A DNA stretch of 64,000 nucleotides, from NCBI RefSeq assembly GCF_006345805.1, contig NC_043000.1, forward strand, positions 66,650,001-66,714,000. The letters run 5' to 3'. The notes under the pieces were generated by a model that worked only from the letters and a program-made list of their open reading frames with translations, did no database searches and was not told the DNA's origin. Shown in pieces: positions 40,106-50,940 of the stretch (positions within the stretch are counted from its first letter, which is position 1; the number at the start of each line of letters is the position of its first letter). This stretch comes from Octopus sinensis. Lineage: Eukaryota. The position numbers were made by a program, and so were the translations under genes.

Positions 40106-41664
40106 TGTTGACTAATTCTGCATATAACCATGTGGAATTTATTTTGATGGTCCGTCAAGACTAGTAGATCTCCAAAGAGCTGACTTAAGAGTACAGAGAT
40201 TAACTCAAGGTAGAACTGGTTGTCTTTTTGCAACGAAGAAAATGTGTCTATATAGTGGACTGCACATGAATCTTAGTGTGTATTCGCATATAGCCTTTTT
40301 TTCCTTGAACTTTCAACTCCTGATGAAGTCGGAAGAACACTGTTGTGACCTACAGCGTGTTTTGATAATTTAAAATGCAATGGAACCCATGCCTCCCGAT
40401 ATCTGAACACAGTCAATTCCTTCCAGGGGAGAGAGAGAGAGAGAGAGAGGGAGAGAGAAAGGGAGGGAGAGAGAGTAAGAAAGAGTGAGAATGAGAGAGA
40501 GTGAGAGAGAAAGAGAGAGAGAGAGCAGAATCGAAACCATGAGAGAACGAAAATCAAAGTTAATCTCGGCAGGATTTAAACTCGAACTGCAGGATGTTGA
40601 ATTGAATAGTGCAAGACAACGATTAAGCGACTCTGCCAATTCAGCCCCTATATATCCATAAGTACACACATATTAATTTCTTTTTCTCTCATTATTGGTT
40701 TTGCCACACATAGATAGCCTATATTACGGCTGTTACCCTAGTCTAGGATAAGATAACAGTGGATGGTGGTGATGGGGGGATAGGATAACAGTGGAGAAAC
40801 TACGATAATGTGGAAAAATGATGTTTATAATGTTAACTTATGTCGACCGTAACTAAGAGAAATTGTTAATCTAATGTCCATGTATTTATGGTCATTGTCG
40901 ATAAAATAATATACTGAACACTGCTTATTTCTTTTAGAAAAAAGTCAGAGAAGAATAGATTCTGAAAGAAAGAGAGGAAAGAATCGATAGGCGGGATTTG
41001 AATTTGGAATACAGAGAGTTAGAAAACCGCAAGGATTTTCTCAACGCGATTAGACTAATCTAATTTCACAAAGTTACTGCAAACCTTATCTGTTAATTTT
41101 ATAACAAAATGAACATTTCTCGATGATTTAGCTGTTGTTGCTATTTAGTGATAGGTCAAACTTGATCAAGCAGACATGATTAAAAGAATTCCGACATTGA
41201 AAATTTTGTCTTTATTTTCTTTACAGGTATAATATATCTAGGACTACTTTATCCTAATGAATCCTTCTAGTTTTAAGACTGTAGAGTATAGCATCAGATG
41301 AAATTTGCCTGCTATTTCTAATAAATAAAGCAATCATGCCGAGGTCACCCTCATTTGCTCAATAACCTTCAAATTTATGGTACATATAGGAGTCTTTCTC
41401 TTTATCTATACCGATTGTTTGTAACAGGTGGCACTTTTCCAAAACGATCGATTATTAAGTTTTTTTTATACGATTGTATGCTTAAAGTATACTGATGTAG
41501 ACGTTCGAAAAATATTAAAAATAAACATTTATATCTGTAAAAAACAAAGGGGAAAATGTGGTGTTCCGTAAATAAAAATTACCTTTCAAAATACAGTTTA
41601 TCTACATTTTACGTATGATTGGTAGTAATTTTTATAAGAAATAGCTGCATTTTGGCGAGATAGA

Positions 41665-42487
41665 CCGTATTTGCCGGCATGTAAGACGCACTGTTTTTAC
41701 TTTTATATTTATCCAAAAATTGCCCTACATCTAATGCGGCCGTATTACGGATAGGAGACCGAATGTTGTAGGCCAGGGAACCCGAAAAATCCGCTAAGCC
41801 CAATAACTGTTAGAAATAATAGAATATTGAAAATATGTTTATTTGTCACAGTCTCTTAGCACAGACTTATGAAAAATTGTTTACGCTACATTGTTATGGA
41901 AATATCTTAATATATCTCATTTCCCAGCGTACATAACCCACATCTAATATGTGTCTTATATTATTTAATGTCTGTGTTATCATTAAGAAAGATTTCTTAA
42001 TTATCTAAATGATAATTCTCCTAGAAATATGAAAGGAACTTTATACTTTTATCAAGCTATCAGTTAATTACAATGAATGGATAACAACAAATCCATAGCG
42101 ATGAAGCACCGCCCTGTTGACCGACTGAGGTCAACGTCACAGTAAAAAATACAATTTTAAATCCTGTGTAGCAATTCTTTTGACAAAAAATCAACAAAAT
42201 ACACAGTTTATCTGAAAGAAGATATGGTTGTAATATGGAAGTTGTATAACGTAGTTTATTTATGATAAAATTATGGTTTCATACTTATTCCAGTATGCTG
42301 TCCTGTATACTGTCAGAGCATTGTATCTACATGCACAGAATCATTCATTTCCCCCTACAAAATTACTTTAAAGTGTCTATCAAAAAGTGCATGAGGAAAC
42401 ATGCTAAATTTGTTTTTTCCACAAAATATACTTGTAAAAAGGGGAGCGTCTTATACGAGAGTGCGTCTTATATGCCGGCAGATGCGG
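41665..42487. mobile_element. Non-autonomous pogo/Tigger-type element (MITE-like)
   Basis: TIRs CCGTATTTGCCGGCATGTAAGACGCACT and AGTGCGTCTTATATGCCGGCAGATGCGG|TA; subterminal GCGTCTTATA repeats; no ORF. Confidence 0.8.
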
Positions 42488-42744
42488 TATTTGTTAATAG
42501 CAAACACACGTCGTGTATGTCGTGTTATGATTGCCCCACTAAAAGTTCAATGTTATCGTGATTTTCTACACGAATTTTTTTCTCCGTTCCAAAACATAGC
42601 ATATATTCCATTTTGCCAAAGATAGATTGAATGAGAAATATTTCTGCGGGAACCCTCGTCACTTTCAGGAAAGCTTTGAGCTAATCCATGTACCTTGTCT
42701 TTCTATGCTTCATTTTTCATCATGAAACTGACTATACATATGGA

Positions 42745-42781
<37 letters not shown>

Positions 42782-42785
42782 ATAT

Positions 42786-42947
42786 GTAGGTCCCGGGTTG
42801 AGTCGGGGTTAACCACAGTAAATAAGGTACTCAATACATAGCAGAGTAAATTAATTTATTTTATAGAAGGAGCTTCTACAGGACTAGAACTGTTGATTTC
42901 TTTTGAATGAAACAGTTCTAGTCCTGTAGAAGCTCCTTCTATAAAAT
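42786..42947. mobile_element. Head-to-head duplicated PLE-like 3' end between (TA)n tracts; perfect 37-bp inverted repeat with 16-nt loop
   Basis: 42858-42894 ATTTTATAGAAGGAGCTTCTACAGGACTAGAACTGTT is the exact reverse complement of 42911-42947; plus arm carries GAAAC..GTC. Confidence 0.7.
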
Positions 42948-42974
42948 ATATACATATATATATATAATATATAT

Positions 42975-43064
<90 letters not shown>

Positions 43065-43092
43065 AATATATATATATTATATATATATATAT

Positions 43093-43345
43093 AACGGGAA
43101 GCTTTATGAAAATAAACAAAAGACGAAGGCAGGTGGAATACAAACAAACAATTGTATTAGTATGGCGCTCAGGAATATAAATAAAACAAATCTTTTACGT
43201 TTCGAGCCTACGCTCTTCAATAGAAAGATACACAGAAAAGAAACACGGAGAGAAACAAGGAGAGAAAAAAAAATGCGTGCAGAGGCTAGCGAACGAACAT
43301 GGCGATCTGATTTCGGCCAGAAGTCAAAGATCAAACGTGAGACGC
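43093..43345 (-). mobile_element. PLE pLTR remnant, same family as the 34.2-kb pLTR
   Basis: TGTATTAGT.TG.CGCTC.GGAA...CTTTTACGTTTCGAG..TACG.TCTTCAA.AGAAAG shared with 34235-34305. Confidence 0.7.
43190..43229 (-). ncRNA. Minimal hammerhead-like motif, core CUAUUGA (family consensus probably CUGUUGA)
   Basis: ATCTTT-CTATTGA-A-GAGC(GTAG)GCTC-GAAAC-GTA-AAAGAT: perfect 6-bp stem I and 4-bp stem II. Confidence 0.5.
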
Positions 43346-43346
43346 A

Positions 43347-43386
<40 letters not shown>

Positions 43387-43404
43387 AATATATATATACA
43401 AAAT

Positions 43405-44492
43405 AGTGATCTAAACGACTAGGTACGCTGGGTAAGTGGTGCAACGGATTACCATAGCTCCAAGGTCATAGCCGAGACGGGAGTTATGGAACCATAGATC
43501 CAAATGTAAACTTACCCCCCCCCCCCACACATAACACTCACGTACATACCTCCATGGTCGCTAATACATGCCCTTATATATCTCTTCTATCAACATTAGT
43601 ACCTTAAAAGATAACTGTTAATTCTTTGATTTATTTTTAAACCTAAACCTATTAAATACCCTAATATTTAGTTGTAACTCTTATTCCTAAATAATTTAAC
43701 ATTCAACTGGTTTCTCCATTCCCGACTACCTACACACTCACTCTCCATAGTTAAAAATATTTCTAAAGCCACTGACCTCAGCCATAAAACGGACACAAAC
43801 ACTTACTACTAGATTTCTTCCCCAACCTTTACAAACTAGAAGAATAGCACTGGCACCTACTATTCTCATCGAATCCCTTTCATTTTATTTTATCTTGTAT
43901 TGTTTACGTTATCTTCCTTTACTGCCACCTCCTCCTCCTCTCTCCTTATTTACCCTTATGTATTTATTTTCTTGTTTATTTTTGTACTTATTTTTATATA
44001 CCTTATTTTATCCTTCATACCAATTCTTGCTTTCCTCCTAAACTTTCTGTACCTCCCGCTTCCCCACCAATACTTTCCTCTCTTTTAATTTATTTTTCTT
44101 TCTCTTTATCCCTTAATAACCACCTCCACTATCATTCTCTTACGAACCTTTGATACGTTCGCGTTTACCTCTGGATATTTACTCTATTAAACACATAGAT
44201 TTACACAGGATTGACCTAAGGACTTATGAACTAACATCTACACTATCGGAAAGTTGAACTGTGAACTTTTATGCTTCTTTTTCTTCATTTCCTTATTCAT
44301 TTTCTCCTGTCCTCTGTCATCGTTTCATTAATCTACAGCCTTCACATTTTCCCTATTTGTCTCCGATGACGGAATATCTCATACTTTGGGATATCTCAGA
44401 AACAGCTGTAAGACTTAACATTTTTCCAATAATAATAACGAATATGACTTGAGATGCTTGTCGTGCCTTAGCGTTTGCTATCCTCTTTAACA
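43405..44492 (+). mobile_element. Probable PLE 3' non-coding remnant ending at (TA)n
   Basis: Bounded by TA tracts; contains the hammerhead-like motif at 44359-44414; no coding remnant recognised. Confidence 0.45.
44359..44414 (+). ncRNA. Minimal hammerhead-like motif, core CCGAUGA
   Basis: GTCT-CCGATGA-..ATATCTCA(TACTT)TGGGATAT..-GAAAC(AGCT)GTA-AGAC. Confidence 0.55.
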
Positions 44493-44510
44493 ATTATATA
44501 TATATATATA

Positions 44511-44794
44511 TATTGATAAAACGGTAAGATAACAAAAGAAAGAAAGAGACCTCAATATTATGTAAATAGAGGAAATTTATCTATACAATATGTTACATTA
44601 CTCGGTAGTCAAGATAAAACTCTGAGATTCAGATGCCGAAGTGGAAATCCACAACACCATCTCTTCGGTTATCTGGCTATTTGAGAACGTTTTCAAATAG
44701 CCAGATAACCGAAGAGATGGTGTTGTGGATTTCCACTTCGGCATCTGAAACTCAGAGTTTTATCTTGACTACCGAGTAATGTAACATATTGTAT
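44511..44794. mobile_element. Head-to-head PLE-like ends forming a 212-bp spacerless palindrome (44583-44794)
   Basis: Centre AAC|GTT at 44688/44689; only two mismatched pairs; left arm extends about 70 bp further to (TA)n. Confidence 0.85.
44703..44765 (+). ncRNA. Hammerhead-like motif, core CCGAAGA (mirror copy on minus at about 44612-44674)
   Basis: AGATAA-CCGAAGA-GATG..GTGGA/TCCAC..CATCT-GAAAC(TCAGA)GTT-TTATCT: 6-bp stem I. Confidence 0.55.
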
Positions 44795-44800
44795 ATATAT

Positions 44801-44834
<34 letters not shown>

Positions 44835-44945
44835 ATATATATATATCATATTTCGGATGGTCATCTTTCTTGCCAACTAAATACACGCACGCTGTATTCG
44901 TTCTTCACTCGTTTATTGTTGTTCTTATTTTATCTTATGTTCATT

Positions 44946-44988
44946 GTCTGGAAATCTTTCGTCACACAACTGTGACCTCTTCAGTGAC
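44946..44988 (-). ncRNA. Hammerhead-like motif, core CUGAAGA, degenerate stems I and III
   Basis: GTCA-CTGAAGA-G-GTCACA(GTTG)TGTGAC-GAAA-GATTTCC-AGAC. Confidence 0.45.
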
Positions 44989-45430
44989 TCTTCCATCTCA
45001 CGTGTCTCCTCCTGTTCTGTTGAATTATCAAGGTAGAGTCGGCGATATCGCATCTATGCACTAACAATGTGTAAGGACATACACAAAATACGGATTTGCT
45101 CCTCCAGTCGTGTATACATTTACAAGTATTGACCCAACACACGACGTTTACGCAAAGTCAAACAGGCGTACACCCCGGCGCTTATTTCACAGTCGACTAT
45201 AAACTCAAGATCCAACGCAGGGAAGGTTCCGTGTGTTGTGAAGTATAAACAATAACACAGATGGGTTGAGGTTCATTACAGCTGTTTCAGAAATTTTCTT
45301 TTTTGATGAACAAAACTATTACATCATGTATAAACCCCCCCGTTTTCTTCAGGTGATAAGAGTAAAATCTAACATTTAGGATTTTTCACACAAATAAAAC
45401 ATAATGCATATTAACCACCCCATCTTGGTT

Positions 45431-45484
<54 letters not shown>

Positions 45485-45673
45485 AGTAATTGAATGAATT
45501 ATCTTATTAAGGATAATTCGAAAGATAACCGATACCTGAGTAGCAAATTCACATCAGAAAGAACACGGTTGAAGCTACGTCCCTAGGGCATAGACTACGT
45601 GCGGAAATTTGTATGTTTATTTTAAAATTATAAGTGAATGAAAGAATGGAGTTGAACGACTAGTTAACAAATA

Positions 45674-45770
45674 TCCTTTATTCTCGACATATGTTTCGAA
45701 GGCTGCATATTCCTAATTCCGAAGGAATAAGGAGTACATTATGCAGATTTCTCATCAGGAAAATCAAGGA
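45674..45770 (-). ncRNA. Type I hammerhead ribozyme, canonical core (inverted copy of 49813-49909)
   Basis: Reverse complement of the plus-arm motif; predicted cleavage after GUC, between 45686 and 45685. Confidence 0.8.
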
Positions 45771-46317
45771 ACTTATGTCGGCATCAAAATGCACAAAAGA
45801 CTTTTAGCTGACCGCTCTCAAGGAGCCCATGGCGATAATGAGTGTCTCTTTATAATGAGTGACGTCAGAGTGGCTGAATGTAGAAGAATCTAGAAGTTTC
45901 TAAAGGTTCAAGAGTTCAAACGAAGTAGGAGGAGGGAGGCATAAGAATAGTAAGGTGAGAGAGTGCAGGTCAATAGAATGGTGGGTTTAAATGATTTCTT
46001 TTGTGAATGAGTGCCTGTGTGTGTGACTGTATATAACTGTCTTAATGTGTGTATGTGTGTGTCTGAATGCGTGATTGTGTTTGTGGATGGGTAGATGTCA
46101 GAAAACTGACAGCTGTGAGTTGAAAGGTCTGTATCTGTGTGTTCGATTATGTTTACTGTAGGGAAAGGAAAGTAGATAGCGAAAGGGAGAAAGAATCGAG
46201 CGAGGTGAGAGGCAACGCAAGAATGGATAGTAGTAATTGGGAATATAAGAAAATCTTTTTGGACTATTGGGGTGAAATATACCAAAAATTTTTTGGGAAA
46301 TCGAAGGGTTATCTATA

Positions 46318-48467
46318 TTAGTCACTATTTATATAAATGAAAGGTGTGTCTTTCCAGTGTAAGCACCTGTAGGATCTTTCGACGATTGTGTTTATTAAAG
46401 GGCCTTTGGCGAACAAAATATGAAAAAGTTCGGAATTACAGATGCCACAAAATTTTCTGCCTTTATCAAACGGGAAGGACACCGACAAAATGGACCATTC
46501 GAGCTTGAACGTAGTGTTATTGTTCTTCAGACGACAGACTAATTTGCTTAGCCCCGTGCTGTGTTGCTTTCTCTTATCTCTGAAAGTGGAATAATGGTTG
46601 GAGATCCTTCGGGCTAATTTAGAAGAGGTTGCGCCAATATAGAAGTAGACATCGGTTCCAGAAGAGATTTTGCATTGGTAAGTGGTGTTTCTAATTTTGG
46701 AATTTTTGGATAAGAACTTTAATCTGTTGGGGTTGGTTTCCGATACTAAGACAGAGTTTTTATTGTTGTGATAGGTGTAAAAATTGTTGCTGGCTTTGGC
46801 CACGATACTATTCGTCTTATTATCATTACTATTAGTTATAATATCGTCGGCAAATTCCCTGGCTATAGGAATGCTGCGATTGTTATCATCAATAATATAA
46901 CTGTTATTAAGAATGCTGGTACTATTACCACTAACACCACCACTGTTAATAATCTGGCTAATGTTATTATCATTATTACTATTGCTAACGTTAATGCTGC
47001 TATGAATGTTGCTAATATCCATACTACTTCTATTATTATTATTATTATTATTGTATGTTACGTTGGAATGGGTAAGGGCGGTGTCGCTACTCATGGGTGG
47101 AGAGACCCTATTTAGCAGCTCATTATTGTGGGAAGCTATTATCTGCGAAAGATTTTTAGTATTTGAGAATGCTATTCTTACTTTATGCGAATTTATAGTG
47201 GAGTAGTATCTAGAATTCCTAGGAAAATTCTTAGTAACGGCTTCACGGAATTGTAAAGGGAGATTAGATCTGATTTGTCTCCTGAAAGGAATCTCAAACC
47301 AGATATAGTTTTTTTTGTTCTTGGAATGGCTGAGAGTGTTGACATTTACATTAAAGGGTATATTTCTGTGTTGTAGAATGGGTTTAGGTTTACGCTGGCC
47401 TCCCCTGGTCCGTAAGTTATTATTGTAAAATATATTTGTGTCGACGTTGCTAGAGCTGAAATCACTATTTATGTTATTTATATTTTTATTAGAAGTTATC
47501 TTATCTTGATGGGCAGATATTAGTTTAGGATGGGCCAGATCGATATATGATACCTTATCCCTATAACCGGCCTTTGACAAGGCGGCATTATAAAATTCTG
47601 CTTTCTGTTTAAAAATGTCGACATTTGCTGATAACTTAGATAGTCTTAAGGATATATTTTTAACCAAATTATCGGTGATAGTTTTTGCATGGTTACTGAA
47701 AATACTGACATATTTTAGGTTCGTAGACTGCTTATGGTAAAGGAAGTAAGAATTATTATGCAAATTTAGGGTAACATCTAAGAAATTGGCCTTAGTTAGT
47801 TCGTTGTCAAAAATTATGCTCATGCCCATGCTGCTGAAAAATCTAACTAATCTATTTTTAGTCTTCTGTATCCTACTGTTAGGGGCATTCTGTAGGTAAA
47901 AAAGACAATCGTCTCGATACAGACCGCCTCAGATGTCCGGGAATTGGTCGGCTAATTCATATAGAATATAGATTCCGACCAAATTGGCTACCTGGGCGCT
48001 ATCTGAGCTTCCCATTGGCACATCGAACGCGTTGGGAGTATCCTTACGGACCCATAACTTATCATCGAATTGAATGAAGGATTTTCTAGCGGCTAGAATT
48101 ATATTAATTTCCTCCATTGTCAACCCTGCCTTGTTATGTGCGTGCCATAGGGCCTTATTGAGCACGATGGGGTTTATCGAAGGGTAGAAATTGGAAATAT
48201 CGAATTGAATGAATTTAGTGCTATTTTTATTAGAAATGGAAGAGAACCATTCTACGACTTGAGTGGAGTTAGACCATATGTTGAGTTTAAGCTTATTAAC
48301 TAATCTAGGTATGTATTTATCTAAAATGTACTTACTTATGGAACCGATGTCGGAACTAGAAGGGCAAATGAGCCTTAATGCTGGGCTGGTTTGGAAGTTT
48401 GGTTTATGGTCCTTGACGATGAATCTTGGTTGCCTTCGGTTGAGTGGTTGTGTTTTCTGCAAATGAA
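46318..48467 (-). pseudogene. PLE RT-GIY-YIG polyprotein, about 716 codons, single in-frame TGA at 47929-47931
   Basis: ORFs 47929..48576 and 46318..47829 are in the same frame (47928-47829=99). Motifs: IVKDHKPNF, FIQFDISNFYPSI, VPMGSSDSAQVANLVG, I*GGLYRDDCL, FLDVTLNL, YVSIFSNH, ALSKAGY, TTYQC..YFYIGAT..RISNHYSTF, CGICNSE, RCLH. Confidence 0.92.
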
Positions 48468-48493
48468 AGCTGCTAAATAGGGTCTCTCCACCC

Positions 48494-49264
48494 ATGAGTA
48501 GCGACACCGCCCTTACCCATTCCAACGTAACATACAATAATAATAATAATAGAAGTAGTATGGATATTAGCAACATTCATAGCAGCATTAGCGTTAGCAA
48601 TAGTAATAATGATAATAACATTAGCCAGATTATTAACAGTGGTGGTGTTAGTGGTAATAGTACCAGCATTCTTAATAACAGTTATATTATTGATGATAAC
48701 AATCGCAGCATTCCTATAGCCAGGGAATTTGCCGACGATATTATAACTAATAGTAATGATAATAAGATGAATAGTATCGTGGCCAAAGCCAGCAACAATT
48801 TTTACACCTATCACAACAATAAAAACTCTGTCTTAGTATCGGAAACCAACCCCAACAGATTAAAGTTCTTATCCAAAAATTCCAAAATTAGAAACACCAC
48901 TTACCAATGCAAAATCTCTTCTGGAACCGATGTCTACTTCTATATTGGCGCAACCTCTTCTAAATTAGCCCAAAGGATCTCCAACCATTATTCCACTTTC
49001 AGAGATAAGAGAAAGCAACACAGCACGGGGCTAAGCAAATTAGTCTGTCGTCTGAAGAACAATAACATTACGTTCAAGCTCGAATGGTCCATTTTGTCGG
49101 TGTCCTTCCCGTTTGATAAAGGCAGAAAATTTTGTGGCGTCTGTAATTCCGAACTTTTTCATATTTTGTTCGCCAAAGGCCCTTTAATAAACACAATCGT
49201 CGAAAGATCCTACAGGTGCTTACACTGGAAAGACACACCTTTCATTCATATAAATAGTGACTAA
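48494..49264 (+). CDS. Truncated PLE ORF: Asn-rich linker plus intact GIY-YIG endonuclease (256 aa)
   Basis: Open frame: TTYQC...YFYIGATSSKLAQRISNH...CGVCNSE...RCLH. Expression unknown. Confidence 0.6.
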   Translation: MSSDTALTHSNVTYNNNNNRSSMDISNIHSSISVSNSNNDNNISQIINSGGVSGNSTSILNNSYIIDDNNRSIPIAREFADDIITNSNDNKMNSIVAKASNNFYTYHNNKNSVLVSETNPNRLKFLSKNSKIRNTTYQCKISSGTDVYFYIGATSSKLAQRISNHYSTFRDKRKQHSTGLSKLVCRLKNNNITFKLEWSILSVSFPFDKGRKFCGVCNSELFHILFAKGPLINTIVERSYRCLHWKDTPFIHINSD

Positions 49265-49812
49265 TATAGATAACCCCTCGATTTCCCCAAAAAAGTTTTG
49301 GTATATTTCACCCCAATAGTCAAAAAAGATTTTCTTATATTCCCAATTACTACTATCCATTCTTGCGTTGCCTCTCACCTCGCCCGATTCTTTCTCCCCT
49401 TCGCTATCTACTTTCCTTTCCCTACAGTAAACATAATCGAACACACAGATACAGACCTTTCAACTCACAGCTGTCAGTTTTCTGACATCTACCCATCCAC
49501 AAACACAATCACGCATTCAGACACACACACACACACATTAAGACAGTTATATACAGTCACACACACAGGCACTCATTCACAAAAGAAATCATTTAAACCC
49601 ACCATTCTATTGACCTGCACTCTCTCACCTTACTATTCTTATGCCTCCCTCCTCCTACTTCGTTTGAACTCTTGAACCTTTAGAAACTTCTAGATTCTTC
49701 TACATTCAGCCACTCTGACGTCACTCATTATAAAGAGACACTCCTTATCGCCATGGGCTCCTTGAGAGCGGTCAGCTAAAAGTTTTTTGTGCATTTTGAT
49801 GCCGACATAAGT

Positions 49813-49909
49813 TCCTTGATTTTCCTGATGAGAAATCTGCATAATGTACTCCTTATTCCTTCGGAATTAGGAATATGCAGCCTTCGAAACATATGTCGAG
49901 AATAAAGGA
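49813..49909 (+). ncRNA. Type I hammerhead ribozyme, canonical core
   Basis: Stem I TCCTTGATTTTC/GAGAATAAAGGA; CTGATGA 49825-31; long stem II (GAA/TTC, CTGCATA/TATGCAG, ATTCC/GGAAT); GAAAC(ATAT)GTC, predicted cleavage after C49897. Confidence 0.82.
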
Positions 49910-49948
49910 TATTTGTTAACTAGTCGTTCAACTCCATTCTTTCATTTA

Positions 49949-50152
<204 letters not shown>

Positions 50153-50774
50153 TTAAAACTTAGATAAAACTTAGATATGTTTAGACTTAGATATTAGTCC
50201 AGGCCATGTCTAACTTAATAGCACCACCTGATAGGATTATCTAAATCCTGTTTAAGTCAAGTTTTGTTTATGGTCCATTATACATATATAATTGTTATGA
50301 CAAGTTGTAGGGAAACAACTTATCATAGAATTGAAGAATTACTCAATACTTTTTTGTAGACTATATATATATGCTTATCAAATTTTTACAAGAAGGATGG
50401 CAGTGACTTCAAATTTTCGACCAGCTAGCCTTCTAGCTACAATCTGATAAAGGCTAGCAGGCCGTAACGTCAAAGTCACTGTCACTTTTTTTCTATATCA
50501 ATAAAAGCAAAATTCTATCTGTCCGTCTGGGACTGCTGTATCTCAGTCTACATTTGCTTTACATAGACATATTATACCATTTTTTGGAATCAGGATGGTC
50601 CCGGGACTGAAAAAATCTGCCCTTCATTTGGTTCTTGAACATCTAGCATTGAGATGTGATTTTAAAGCATTTGGGTTCTATTTCTAGCAGGTAAAGCGAC
50701 TGTGAAAGGTTTCAATGCCATAGTACAAGAATTACCTCCTTTAGATTTAAAGAATTTAGTGGTTCTTATATCTT

Positions 50775-50940
50775 TTTCAATCATCTGGCTGCGGCCAAAC
50801 TGGGGCACCGCCATCAAGAATTTTAATCGAATAAATCGATACAAGTTCTTTCTTTTTTATGCCTGTTACTTTTTATTGGCCTCTTTTACCGAACTGCTAA
50901 GTTATGTGAACGTAAACACAGCAACATCAGCTTTTAAGCT
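50775..50940 (-). mobile_element. SINE family A, 3' half
   Basis: Reverse complement of the family A 3' half, diverged. Confidence 0.65.

Larger units (their letters stand above)
45481..48467 (-). mobile_element. Young 5'-truncated Penelope-like element with C-terminal EN (Hydra-clade-like by motif), long arm of the inverted pair
   Basis: RT, GIY-YIG, 3' UTR with hammerhead, about 150 bp extra 3' sequence, then (TA)n at 45428-45480. Confidence 0.92.

Noticed and set aside
40315-40355. CTGATGAAGTCGGAAGAAC as another hammerhead
   Set aside because: GAAA core and stems incomplete; at most a decayed remnant.
45265-45355. Minus-strand CTGAAGA...GAAAC(AGCT)GTA
   Set aside because: Core present but stems I and II do not pair convincingly; not counted.
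48468-48576. N-terminal MLLISILLLL.. of ORF 47929..48576 as a signal peptide
   Set aside because: Antisense read-through of the inverted arm across the junction.
45908-49675. Duplicate 125-aa ORFs (45908..46285, 49298..49675) and antisense ORFs 46768..47206, 48473..48814
   Set aside because: PLE 3' UTR and antisense frames duplicated by the inversion; no protein features.
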